From NCBI GenBank assembly GCA_030651135.1, contig JAUSCS010000006.1:522160-586159 (forward strand): DNA of 64,000 bases. The letters are read 5' to 3'. This document shows, piece after piece, positions 17,969 through 27,439 of this stretch (position 1 is its first letter; each line of letters opens with the position of its first letter). Source of the DNA: Candidatus Woesearchaeota archaeon (lineage in GTDB: Archaea > Nanobdellota > Nanobdellia > Woesearchaeales > JACPBO01). The notes under the pieces are model-generated. The model saw only the letters and a program-made list of their open reading frames with translations. It was not told the DNA's origin and searched no databases. Made by a program: the position numbers and the translations under genes.

Positions 17969-18682
17969 ATGCATGATGCAATCCGTAAACACACACAAAA
18001 TATTAAGAAATTTCATGACAATAAAATACGCAGATATTATAAGTTCATACCCCTAATTGGGTTGATATTGTTATTAATGTTATTCTCATCTCAAAAAAAT
18101 CAACCTGACTCCACACCTATAGTAAAGCAAAGCTTCGTTGAAAGATTATCTGATTCGTGGTATGATGTTTCAAACTCATTCAAATTTGATGGATTAATTG
18201 ATGTTTTAATAACAACAATACTTTTAATAACTATATGGACTGGGTATAAGTATTGGCTTCTTAGATTAAGATACATACGAAATAACGCTAACCTGCTACA
18301 GAATATAATTATTGTAATTATGCTTTTCATTTTTGTTGACAGGCACATTAAACTTGATTCCTTTTTAGGTCAGTACATAGATTGGATATTATTTTTGATA
18401 TTCCTTTACATAATCTTAGCTGGAAGCTGGTATCTTGCAAAAACTATTGATAGAATCGACCTGACATCTGATTTATATTGTTGGGGTTTAAGGATAATCG
18501 CAACAATAGTCATCTTTATTGGCGTAAATCTATTCTTTTCAAGTGCATTTGTACTAACATTTTCTAATTCTAAACTAGTATTTGATAACATTTATTGGAT
18601 ATTGAGCATATGCTTAATACTTCTAGGAGCATTCATGGGTTTCAGATCTGTCAGAAGGTATCCGATGATTAAGATATGGTAG
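17969..18682 (+). CDS. polytopic membrane protein, hypothetical
   Basis: 237 aa with ~6 hydrophobic helices. Confidence 0.5.
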   Translation: MHDAIRKHTQNIKKFHDNKIRRYYKFIPLIGLILLLMLFSSQKNQPDSTPIVKQSFVERLSDSWYDVSNSFKFDGLIDVLITTILLITIWTGYKYWLLRLRYIRNNANLLQNIIIVIMLFIFVDRHIKLDSFLGQYIDWILFLIFLYIILAGSWYLAKTIDRIDLTSDLYCWGLRIIATIVIFIGVNLFFSSAFVLTFSNSKLVFDNIYWILSICLILLGAFMGFRSVRRYPMIKIW

Positions 18683-18724
18683 GTCTGAACAAAACTTTTC
18701 TCAGAAAAAATAAGAATTCCTGTT

Positions 18725-18791
18725 TAGGTGACTACAAAATAGCCTAAATGTAGTCACCTAATACCAAAACATTTAAATATGTAGTCACCTA
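18725..18791. promoter_or_regulatory. three copies of the 12-nt motif TGTAGTCACCTA (one inverted) upstream of the Fic gene
   Basis: TAGGTGACTACA at 18725-18736 (inverted), TGTAGTCACCTA at 18749-18760 and 18780-18791. Confidence 0.5.
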
Positions 18792-18800
18792 TATTATTCT

Positions 18801-19751
18801 ATGCACGTTGAGAAAAGAAAGGCAGGAAAGCGAATAAAGTATTTTTTGGCGCATTCTTACAGGGAGGGCGCTAAGGTTTACAAATTCAGAAAATATCTGG
18901 GGCAGGACATAGATTTGCTGGAGGAAAGGAAAAAAATAGCTGAAAAGCTTATCCTTGAAGAAATACACAAATACAAAATCATAAAAGATCCGCTTCAGGT
19001 GGAACTTTCAGAAGAAGAGATAGCTTCAATAAGAAAGCTTGAAGCTCAAATACCCTTAAAAATAAGCCATTTATCAGAAGGAGACTGGAAAGAATTCTCA
19101 GAAATATTCACATACAATACCAATGCCATAGAAGGAAGCAGATTAAATCAGGAAGAAGTGAAAGAGCTGCTGGAAAAAGACAAATGGCCCAATAAGTCAA
19201 AAGAGGATATTGCAGAAGCATTTGGAGTGGATGAATCAATTTCATATATTCGAAACACAAAAGAGCATATCTCATTAGAGCTCATAAAAAAAATGCATAA
19301 GATTGTGTTCAAAAATTCCAAGCCATTTGCCGGAAAACTGAGAAAAAGAGGTGAAGAAGTAGTTGTCATGGGCAGCGGGGGAAATGTTGTCCATGAAGGA
19401 GCGCCGCAGGCAAGAATAAATCATCTTCTGCGCGGTTTGGCAGAATGGTATGAAAAGAACAAAAATAGGTATCCTGGATTGATTCTCGGGGCAGTTGTAC
19501 ATAACCAATTTGAGAATATTCATCCGTTCAGGGATGGAAATGGGCGAGTGGGAAGAATCTTGCTAAATAATATCCTCATCAAGCATAATCTGCCCCCGAT
19601 AAACATAGATTTCAGGAACAGGGCAGAATACTATGCATCTTTGCAGGCATATGAAAAAAACCATGATTTAAAGCCCACAATAGAGCTTTATATGAAAGAA
19701 TACAATGAATTAAAGAAAAAACTTGGCAACCACAAAACAAAGAAAGCCTAA
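18801..19751 (+). CDS. Fic/DOC-family protein (putative AMPylase)
   Basis: Canonical HPFRDGNGRVGR motif. Confidence 0.8.
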   Translation: MHVEKRKAGKRIKYFLAHSYREGAKVYKFRKYLGQDIDLLEERKKIAEKLILEEIHKYKIIKDPLQVELSEEEIASIRKLEAQIPLKISHLSEGDWKEFSEIFTYNTNAIEGSRLNQEEVKELLEKDKWPNKSKEDIAEAFGVDESISYIRNTKEHISLELIKKMHKIVFKNSKPFAGKLRKRGEEVVVMGSGGNVVHEGAPQARINHLLRGLAEWYEKNKNRYPGLILGAVVHNQFENIHPFRDGNGRVGRILLNNILIKHNLPPINIDFRNRAEYYASLQAYEKNHDLKPTIELYMKEYNELKKKLGNHKTKKA

Positions 19752-19771
19752 ATAGATGAATCAGCTCTTTT

Positions 19772-20398
19772 TTATATCTCAATAATCTTCCCTTTCTTCC
19801 CGACATTTATGACCCTTGTCTTCCCAACCATTTCTTCTATGCCTTCTGCCTCATGCACATGGGAGCAGAGCAGAATGTCAGGATGGAATTTTTCTATTGC
19901 TCTCTTTATTCCTGAGCTGCCTGGAAAGAACTGCGTGAACTTCTCCATTTTTGTTCCTGAAGGATGCACATGTGTAACCATTATCTTCTTGCTTAACTCC
20001 TTTATTTTGTCAAAGCCTTTCTTCAGCAGATCATAAATCTCTTTTTCATCCATCTGAAACAATCCAATATTGGCGCCGCCTGCTCCAAAGATTCCTACAT
20101 TGCCGTATTTCACAGAATAGCCATGAATATTCTTCACTCCATAAACTTCAGCAAGAAAATCCGCTGTTGCAACTGTTTCATGATTTCCTGGAATAAGCAA
20201 AACTTTCTCATTCCTTTTTTTAAAAGGACCGATTAAGTTTGTTGTTGACCTGTCTCCCATTGTCAGATCGCCGCAAAGAATAACCAAATCAACATTTTCC
20301 CTTTTTGCCTGCTCTGCCAGCTTCTCAGCCAGGCTCATGTCGCCGTGTATATCTCCAGCGGCAAGTATCTTCAGTTTTTTATCAGTTTTCTTTTCCAT
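19772..20398 (-). CDS. calcineurin-like metallophosphoesterase
   Basis: GDIHGD, GDL, GNHE motifs. Confidence 0.8.
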   Translation of the reverse strand: MEKKTDKKLKILAAGDIHGDMSLAEKLAEQAKRENVDLVILCGDLTMGDRSTTNLIGPFKKRNEKVLLIPGNHETVATADFLAEVYGVKNIHGYSVKYGNVGIFGAGGANIGLFQMDEKEIYDLLKKGFDKIKELSKKIMVTHVHPSGTKMEKFTQFFPGSSGIKRAIEKFHPDILLCSHVHEAEGIEEMVGKTRVINVGKKGKIIEI

Positions 20399-20433
20399 AA
20401 TGCAAAATAATAGAACGTAATTTAAAAAACTTC

Positions 20434-21048
20434 CTATCTTTTTATGACCTTTTCATTGTCAGTCAGATCAATTATTGTTGAAGGCCTGCCTTTTTTCTCT
20501 CCTTCATATAGTATGAAATCAATCTTCACCTTTATTTCAGGATCAAGATTATCAAGCGATGTCATGAAATCCTTGCCAATTACATTGGCAGATGTTGTCA
20601 CAATCGGAGCATTCAGCTCAGCAGCAACCTCACTGAACCAATGGTTTGGAATTCTAATGCCCAGAGTATCAAGATCAGAATTCACATTTGGAGAAACCGC
20701 ATCCTTTTTTTTCAGTTTTAGAATCAGGGTATATGGTCCGGGCAATTTATTAATCCATTTTTCTGCTTCTTTTGAGACTTCGCAGTTTTCCCTGATCCAT
20801 TCTTTGGAAGGGGCAATAATTGAAAAAGGCCTTGTATATCGCTGCTTCGCTTCCCTTACTTTTTTTACCGCTCCAAAATGCCTTGCATTGCAGCCGATTC
20901 CATAGATTGTGTCAGTAGGATGAATAAATGTAGCGCCATTTAATATCCCCCTCAAAATTGCTTCCTTGTTTATCTTGAATTCATCTTTATTTATGATTTC
21001 CATGATTTTCAGGAATGCCTTATGGTTTATAAAGCTTGTTATATGCAC
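20434..21048 (-). CDS. tsaC: L-threonylcarbamoyladenylate synthase (Sua5/YrdC/TsaC family)
   Basis: YrdC-domain pattern TDTIYGIG...TLGIRIP...SAN. Confidence 0.75.
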   Translation of the reverse strand: MHITSFINHKAFLKIMEIINKDEFKINKEAILRGILNGATFIHPTDTIYGIGCNARHFGAVKKVREAKQRYTRPFSIIAPSKEWIRENCEVSKEAEKWINKLPGPYTLILKLKKKDAVSPNVNSDLDTLGIRIPNHWFSEVAAELNAPIVTTSANVIGKDFMTSLDNLDPEIKVKIDFILYEGEKKGRPSTIIDLTDNEKVIKR

Positions 21049-21057
21049 TATATACCC

Positions 21058-21399
21058 TTAGAATTCTATTTTGTCATTGATCTTTGTTTTGCCAATAATG
21101 CCGCAAGGTAATTCAACAGCATATTTTGCTCTTTTAACACTATTATAAATAGCAAAGGGCCTAAAGTTTTTTTTCCTCTCAACAACTCTTTTATCTCTAT
21201 TTAAAAACAGCACATCAATCGGATAAAAAACAAAGAACATATGCAGTGAAATCCTTTTTTCTTCATCAAAAGCAAGGACCAATGCAAAATCCTTTATTTT
21301 CTTTGAAAACATTAATCCAATTGCCTTTGAAAACAGACTTTTACAGATTTTATGTTTTTCAGCCAGAATTATTTTTTGCGATACGTTCTTAATTGCCAT
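21058..21399 (-). CDS. DUF192-family protein
   Basis: 113 aa, GLMF...PIDVLFL...YAVELPCG pattern typical of DUF192 (COG1430). Confidence 0.55.
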   Translation of the reverse strand: MAIKNVSQKIILAEKHKICKSLFSKAIGLMFSKKIKDFALVLAFDEEKRISLHMFFVFYPIDVLFLNRDKRVVERKKNFRPFAIYNSVKRAKYAVELPCGIIGKTKINDKIEF

Positions 21400-23016
21400 T
21401 TATTTTATTGCTGCTTTTACAAATCCGTAAAATAATGGAGCCGGATCTTCAAGCCTTGATTTAAGTTCAGGATGTGCCTGCGTGGCTATAAAAAACTTGT
21501 GTTTTGAAAGCTCTATAAACTCAACTAATCTTCCGTTAGGTGACATTCCGCTGAACATCAATCCTTTTTCCTCCAGTATTTTATGATAGTCTGGATTGAC
21601 TTCATAGCGGTGCCTGTGCCTTTCAGAAGCTTCATCTGAATTGTAAAGTTTCTGGACAATGCTTCCTTTCTTCAAAACTGCCTTGCAGGCGCCGAGCCTC
21701 ATTGTAGCTCCTTTCTCTTTTACATTTTTCTGCTCAGGCAAAATATCTATGACTGGATTATTTGTTTTCTCGTCATTCTCGCTTGTGCCTGCATCTTTCA
21801 AGCCGCAGACATTTCTTGCAAATTCAATAACTGCTAACTGCAATCCATAGCACAATCCAAGGAAAGGAATGTCATTTTCACGGGCATATTGTATCACTTT
21901 TATTTTTCCTTCTGTTCCTCTTGCTCCAAATCCGCCAGGAACAATAACGCCATTAACATCCTTTAAAGCATCTTCAACTTTTACCTTTCCATTTTCTATC
22001 TCTGTTGTTTCAATCCATTTCAGTTCAACTTTTGCATTGAGATGCGCCCCTGCGTGCATCAACGCCTCTATAATGCTTGCGTAAGAGTCCATCAATGCAG
22101 TGTATTTGCCGCAGATTGCGATCTTGACCTTGTTTTTAGGATTTTTTATATTTGCAACTAATTTTTTCCACTCAACTAAATCATTTATGTTCCTGAGAGC
22201 TAATTTTTCTTTTAAAACTTTCAGCAATCCTTCCTTTTCAAAAATAATCGGCAGTTCATAAGTTGTCTCCACTTTCGGGTCTGATATCACTTCCTCTTTC
22301 CTTACATTGGAAAACAGGGCAATCTTTTCTTTTATCTTGTCCTGCAAATAATCTTCTGATCTGCCTATCACAATATCCGGCTGTATTCCTCTCTGCTCGA
22401 GCATTGAAACGCTCTGCTGCGTTGGCTTGCTTTTCTGCTCTTCCACACCGCCGACAACAGGCACGAATGCAAGATGGACATATAGAATATTTTCCCTGCC
22501 AACCATTGACTTTAACTGTCTTGCTGCTTCTATAAAGAGCATATTTTCTATATCGCCGACTGTGCCGCCGATTTCAATAAGCATGATGTCTGCTTTTTCC
22601 TCATTTGCAATCTCAAAAAGCCTGTTTTTAATTTCATCTGTAACATGCGGTATCATCTGCACTGTCTTGCCCAGGTAATCTCCTCTTCTTTCGCGGTCAA
22701 TCACCGCTTTGAAAACCTTTCCAGAAGTCAGGTTCCATTTGAATTTGCAGTTTATATTCAGGAATCTTTCATAATGGCCGAAATCCATGTCAACCTCTCC
22801 ACCGTCATCAAGAACAAATACTTCGCCATGCTCTATCGGATTCATTGTGCCCGGATCAACATTAAGATAGCCGTCGCACTTTACCGGGATCACTCTATAA
22901 GTTGAATTGAGAAGCCTTCCGATAGAAGCAGTTACGATTCCCTTGCCTAATCCAGAAAGAACACCGCCAGTTACAATGATCCACTTCGTTTTATTAGTGA
23001 GCACAACTAAGAACAT
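21400..23016 (-). CDS. pyrG: CTP synthase
   Basis: N-terminal IIVTGGVLSGLGKG. C-terminal glutamine amidotransferase GLCYGLQ and His region. Confidence 0.9.
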   Translation of the reverse strand: MFLVVLTNKTKWIIVTGGVLSGLGKGIVTASIGRLLNSTYRVIPVKCDGYLNVDPGTMNPIEHGEVFVLDDGGEVDMDFGHYERFLNINCKFKWNLTSGKVFKAVIDRERRGDYLGKTVQMIPHVTDEIKNRLFEIANEEKADIMLIEIGGTVGDIENMLFIEAARQLKSMVGRENILYVHLAFVPVVGGVEEQKSKPTQQSVSMLEQRGIQPDIVIGRSEDYLQDKIKEKIALFSNVRKEEVISDPKVETTYELPIIFEKEGLLKVLKEKLALRNINDLVEWKKLVANIKNPKNKVKIAICGKYTALMDSYASIIEALMHAGAHLNAKVELKWIETTEIENGKVKVEDALKDVNGVIVPGGFGARGTEGKIKVIQYARENDIPFLGLCYGLQLAVIEFARNVCGLKDAGTSENDEKTNNPVIDILPEQKNVKEKGATMRLGACKAVLKKGSIVQKLYNSDEASERHRHRYEVNPDYHKILEEKGLMFSGMSPNGRLVEFIELSKHKFFIATQAHPELKSRLEDPAPLFYGFVKAAIK

Positions 23017-23045
23017 GCACTTTTATTTATAAAGTTTTCTCTAAT

Positions 23046-23669
23046 TCAAAATATGATCTGAAAAATAGACCTATAAACACTAAACCCATCAATGCCAGGG
23101 ATCGGAAGCATGTTCAATATAAATAAAAACATATTGATCTGCTTTGTCAGATACAATATTGAATAATATTTTTTATTCACTTTTTTATTTTTCAAAACAA
23201 GCCATGATCCGATCCAGAGCACTAGATTTACAAAAGGCCCGGCAAATGCTATCACTCCGCTCTGCATGGAAGTTAAAGGCTGAAGCGGCACTACAAATCC
23301 TGGAATGAAAAAAATAAATCCAAATCCAACAATCTTCAAAAATATCCCGATTAACAGCCATCCATAAGCTGCGAAAAATGTTGCTGAAACTCCAAAAAGC
23401 ATTGCAGCAAACTTATGGCCAAGCTCATGCAGCACAATTGCAGGAGCAACAACTGCGACAGCAAATTTAAAGTTGGAAAAATTGAATTTTCCGTAATGTT
23501 TCAAGGGATCGTATGATCCAACAGCAGGCATTCTGAAAATATCTTTGAAAATAAAGCCAATCACAATGCTCATAATTATTATATCAATTATCTCAAGAAT
23601 GGGCGAATTAAAAGGAATGCTGATATTAAACATCCGCAATATATCCAGTCTTGTAAAGTCGAAGATCAT
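23046..23669 (-). CDS. membrane zinc metalloprotease, site-2 protease (M50)-like
   Basis: HELGH (HExxH) in a TM helix plus LNMLPIPGIDG (M50 LDG motif). Confidence 0.7.
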   Translation of the reverse strand: MIFDFTRLDILRMFNISIPFNSPILEIIDIIIMSIVIGFIFKDIFRMPAVGSYDPLKHYGKFNFSNFKFAVAVVAPAIVLHELGHKFAAMLFGVSATFFAAYGWLLIGIFLKIVGFGFIFFIPGFVVPLQPLTSMQSGVIAFAGPFVNLVLWIGSWLVLKNKKVNKKYYSILYLTKQINMFLFILNMLPIPGIDGFSVYRSIFQIIF

Positions 23670-23743
23670 AGATTAAAAATAAACACATATTATTTATATA
23701 CTTTCCCATAACATTTATATATTACTCTTTAAAATCTTTTCTT

Positions 23744-24730
23744 ATGTTCGAAATAATATTATTATTAGTCATTATGATCTTTTTGAGTATAATCTTCATT
23801 ACTTTGGGATCTGACTGGGCAACTGATTCTTTGATCCCTCTGGCGCAGAAGCTCGGAACAACGCATGTTGCTATCGGCCTGATACTTGTTTCAATAATGG
23901 TCAGTTTGCCTGAAATAATAATTGCTATTTGGGCTGCAAAGCTGGGTCATATAAACATAAGCTTGGGCGTTATAATTGGATCAATAATATGCAACATCGG
24001 CTTAATGACCGGCTTATCAGCAATGATAAAGCCGCTTAAGGTCAGCAGATCTCTGATTTTAAGGGACAGCATATTTGCCGTGTGCGTTGCTATTGTTGTT
24101 CTTGTTTTAAGCACAGATTACCAGATCACAAGATCTGAAGGCTGGGCATTCATCCTTATTTTTATACCATACTTAATTAATGTCTGGGTGCAGGAAAAAT
24201 CAAAGCATGAAGCCCAGAAAGAGAAAGAATTGAAAGAAGTGGAGATAGAGCTGGACTTTATCGGTCTGCAGTTTGGCAAAATAAAAGCAGGAGTTTTGAG
24301 CTTTATTCTCGGGATGATCCTTCTCTTGATAGGATCCTATCTTTTTTCAAAATCATTAACATGGATATCTGGCGCATTTGGCTTTTCAGATCTGCTCATT
24401 GGCCTGACAATAGGCGCAATCGGACCATCAATACCCAATATAGCGGCTGCAATCCAGGCAACATTGAAAAACATGGAAGAGGTTGCTGTTTCAGAAACTC
24501 TTGGTTCTAATATTTTTACATTGCTGATTACATTAGGAATTTTATCAATCATACAGCCTATTACAATAACAGCAGGATGGCTGCGCTTTGACATTCCTAT
24601 AATGGTTGCAATGAGCATACTGCTGCTCACCTTTATGGTTTACAAGCAGAGGATTTCAAGGGCAGAAGGATGGATTTTGTTTTTGAGCTACATAGCTGTT
24701 TTAATAATGAACATATTTATACATATGTGA
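23744..24730 (+). CDS. Ca2+/cation antiporter (CaCA/YrbG family)
   Basis: Two alpha-repeat regions (GLILVSIMVSLPE..., LTIGAIGPSIPN) and ~10 TM helices. Confidence 0.8.
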   Translation: MFEIILLLVIMIFLSIIFITLGSDWATDSLIPLAQKLGTTHVAIGLILVSIMVSLPEIIIAIWAAKLGHINISLGVIIGSIICNIGLMTGLSAMIKPLKVSRSLILRDSIFAVCVAIVVLVLSTDYQITRSEGWAFILIFIPYLINVWVQEKSKHEAQKEKELKEVEIELDFIGLQFGKIKAGVLSFILGMILLLIGSYLFSKSLTWISGAFGFSDLLIGLTIGAIGPSIPNIAAAIQATLKNMEEVAVSETLGSNIFTLLITLGILSIIQPITITAGWLRFDIPIMVAMSILLLTFMVYKQRISRAEGWILFLSYIAVLIMNIFIHM

Positions 24731-24736
24731 TGCAAA

Positions 24737-25093
24737 ATGACTGAACTAATAGCTTGCTTGTCGCCGGCAAAAATAACGCAGGATTATCTGGTTAAATTAA
24801 TCAACAGCCAGCAGTGGGAAAAGGTTTTTCTTGTGGCAGATGATCTCTGCAGAAAGGATTTTCCGAAAATGAAAAATGTTGAATTTATAATTGCAGATCC
24901 AAAAGAGCCGCTGCAGAAACTGAGCGAAAACATAAAAAAACAGCTCGAGAAAAAGATAACGGGCATTGAAGTTGCCTTCAACATGATAGCAGGATCAGGA
25001 AAAGAGCATATGGCTGTGCTGTCAGCATTGCTGAAGCTTGGAGTGGGGATAAGATTGATTGTTCTTACTGAAAATGGAGCTCTAGAATTGTAA
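24737..25093 (+). CDS. hypothetical protein
   Basis: 118 aa. Starts 7 nt after the antiporter gene. Confidence 0.4.
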   Translation: MTELIACLSPAKITQDYLVKLINSQQWEKVFLVADDLCRKDFPKMKNVEFIIADPKEPLQKLSENIKKQLEKKITGIEVAFNMIAGSGKEHMAVLSALLKLGVGIRLIVLTENGALEL

Positions 25094-25094
25094 T

Positions 25095-25796
25095 TTATTT
25101 CATTATCCTATAAAGCTGATAAAGCAATCTGTCAGTTGACCTAACCAAATCAACATCCTTTCCATTAATCACAACACAATTCCCTTTCAGCTCGACTTCT
25201 GCTTTATCGTTTTCTTTCAAATAAATAACCGGCTCATCTGTGTTTGTGCAGTTGATGATCGGCCTTTCAGCGCAGTAGATTGTTTTGTTTTCAGAGCACG
25301 CCGCAACTGGCAGCAAGCCCAAACCCTGCACCATGTTTAAGCTCAATTCAGCAGCAGCCAGCGCAATATAGCCTGCCCCGGATTCTGCCGGATCAGATGT
25401 CAAATAGATGCTTTTGCTGAAATTAAACCTATCATCAATTTTTCCAACAACTGATATATTCTTTACTTCCCCGGGATTGTAATGCAGCGGAATGTTGAAA
25501 ATATTGTTTTCATTCTGTATTTGCGTGTACCACATGCCGCCGATTTTCGTGAATTTATACGCGCCGTATTTGTATTCCTGAAGGCTTTCTTCTTTACTGT
25601 AAAAATACTTTACGCTGAATATTAATGCAAACACAATAATTAGAGCAATAATTGCTATTAGAAAAACCCTTGTTGTCTTTTTTTCATCAAATTTTTCTGT
25701 TTCCTCTTTTTCTTCAGGCTCGTCTTCTAATCCTTTTTCTATTTCAGAAACATCTTTAATTACTTCTTCATCTTTGGATTTAGCTTTATCTTTCAT
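25095..25796 (-). CDS. membrane-anchored hypothetical protein (paralog pair, member 1)
   Basis: Acidic N-terminus, one TM helix. C-terminal EGNC...DRLL motif shared with the next ORF. Confidence 0.45.
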   Translation of the reverse strand: MKDKAKSKDEEVIKDVSEIEKGLEDEPEEKEETEKFDEKKTTRVFLIAIIALIIVFALIFSVKYFYSKEESLQEYKYGAYKFTKIGGMWYTQIQNENNIFNIPLHYNPGEVKNISVVGKIDDRFNFSKSIYLTSDPAESGAGYIALAAAELSLNMVQGLGLLPVAACSENKTIYCAERPIINCTNTDEPVIYLKENDKAEVELKGNCVVINGKDVDLVRSTDRLLYQLYRIMK

Positions 25797-26371
25797 TTAA
25801 TTATTCCAAATAACCCAAATAACAATCTGTCTTTCAATCTTATCAACTCTGCTTCATTAGTTGAATAAACAAATATGCAGTTTCCTTCCAAACTGGCTCC
25901 TGTTTCATTAGAGTAAGAGAGCTCCATAACAGGCACAGATGCTGTTGCATTCCTGCAGCTGACAACAGGAAGATTATAACTGCTTTCATTCATCAGCGAG
26001 GCTGCCGCATATATCTTGAAATTCTGCCACAACGCATTTTGAAGGTCATACTGTGTTTTTCCCATTATCTTGCGCGTGTCCTGTGAAATATCATAAGTGA
26101 TATAAAGCATTTTCGTGTTTGATATTCTGCTTACAATATCGCTGCTTAAATTTATGTCTTCGACATTTTTTGGAAAATTGTCAAAATAAACATTATTTCC
26201 GTTTATCTTTGTTGCAAAAAGATTTCCATTTTGTGAGAAACTATGGCCGTTATACTTCAGCTTTACAACATTCGTGTATCTGTCAAAAATAACGGCAAAA
26301 GTGCTGAACACCATTATAAATGCTAAAAATAATGTTACAAGGACCTGTTTGTTCATTCTCCGCTTTTTCAT
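25793..26371 (-). CDS. membrane-anchored hypothetical protein (paralog pair, member 2)
   Basis: N-terminal TM helix. C-terminus ...EGNCIFVYS...DRLLFGLFGIIK parallels the 25095 ORF. Confidence 0.45.
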   Translation of the reverse strand: MKKRRMNKQVLVTLFLAFIMVFSTFAVIFDRYTNVVKLKYNGHSFSQNGNLFATKINGNNVYFDNFPKNVEDINLSSDIVSRISNTKMLYITYDISQDTRKIMGKTQYDLQNALWQNFKIYAAASLMNESSYNLPVVSCRNATASVPVMELSYSNETGASLEGNCIFVYSTNEAELIRLKDRLLFGLFGIIK

Positions 26372-26510
26372 AAGCGAATGAAGAAATGGCTTATTTATAT
26401 GTTTTTCTAAAGCTTCATTGCATTTTTCTCAGGCTATGTCTGCTGGACTCAGGTATGAAACGTATGATTAATACGAAAAGTTTATAAAGTATGAAAAATC
26501 ATACTCAAAA

Positions 26511-26750
26511 ATGCTTGAGGACAAGTCATTTGAATATTACGGAAGCACGATCATTGGTGAAAGAGGGCAGATGGTGCTGCCGTCAAAGCTTAGGAAAAAA
26601 TTAGGAATAGGCAAAGGCGAAAAATTTCTGGTTTTAAGCGGTGAAAAAATGGGAGCCCGCGGAATCATTCTGGTCAAAGCTGATGTAATGACTAAATTGC
26701 TGTCAAAATTTTTCGGCGGGGATATAAATAAAATGCTGAAGGAAAAATGA
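26511..26750 (+). CDS. AbrB/SpoVT-family DNA-binding protein
   Basis: GQMVLPSKLRKKLGIGKGEKFLV swapped-hairpin signature. Confidence 0.55.
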   Translation: MLEDKSFEYYGSTIIGERGQMVLPSKLRKKLGIGKGEKFLVLSGEKMGARGIILVKADVMTKLLSKFFGGDINKMLKEK

Positions 26751-27439
26751 GCGCAATAATCGAATTGAGGAATGTCTGGAAAACATACAGGATGGGTGAA
26801 GTTGAGGTTAATGCATTGTGCGGCCTCAACCTTAAGATCAAAAAGGGCGAGTTTGTTGCAATACAGGGCCCGAGCGGCAGCGGAAAAAGTACAGCAATGA
26901 ACATGGTTGGCTGCTTGGATATTCCCACAAAAGGCGACATATTCCTTGAAGGCCAGAATATTGCTAAATTGCATGAATCAGATCTTGCCCAGATAAGAGG
27001 CAGAAAAATAGGATTCATATTCCAGCAGTTTAATTTAATACCTACATTAACAGCCCTTGAGAATGTTGCCCTGCCAATGACTTTCCAGGATGTGCCGGCA
27101 GATGAGCGCATAAAAACTGCAAAAGAGCTTTTGGCAATAGTGGGCTTAAATGACAGGATGCGCCACAAGCCTTCAGAAATGAGCGGAGGGCAGCAGCAGA
27201 GAGTGGCAATTGCCAGATCACTTTCAAATAAGCCAGAGGTGATATTGGCTGATGAGCCGACAGGAAATCTCGACAGCAGAAGCGGCAGGGACATAATACA
27301 CTTTTTAAAAAAGATGCACGAAAAAGAAGGCAAAACTTTCATTTTGGTCACTCATGATGCAGCTCTTGCAAAAGAGGCAGACAGGATTGAATATCTCAGA
27401 GATGGAAAAATTGTAAAAAGCTTGAATGGGGTGGGTTAG
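26747..27439 (+). CDS. ABC transporter ATP-binding protein (MacB/LolD-type)
   Basis: Walker A GPSGSGKST, signature LSGGQQQRVAIARSL, Walker B ILADEPT. Confidence 0.9.
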   Translation: MSAIIELRNVWKTYRMGEVEVNALCGLNLKIKKGEFVAIQGPSGSGKSTAMNMVGCLDIPTKGDIFLEGQNIAKLHESDLAQIRGRKIGFIFQQFNLIPTLTALENVALPMTFQDVPADERIKTAKELLAIVGLNDRMRHKPSEMSGGQQQRVAIARSLSNKPEVILADEPTGNLDSRSGRDIIHFLKKMHEKEGKTFILVTHDAALAKEADRIEYLRDGKIVKSLNGVG

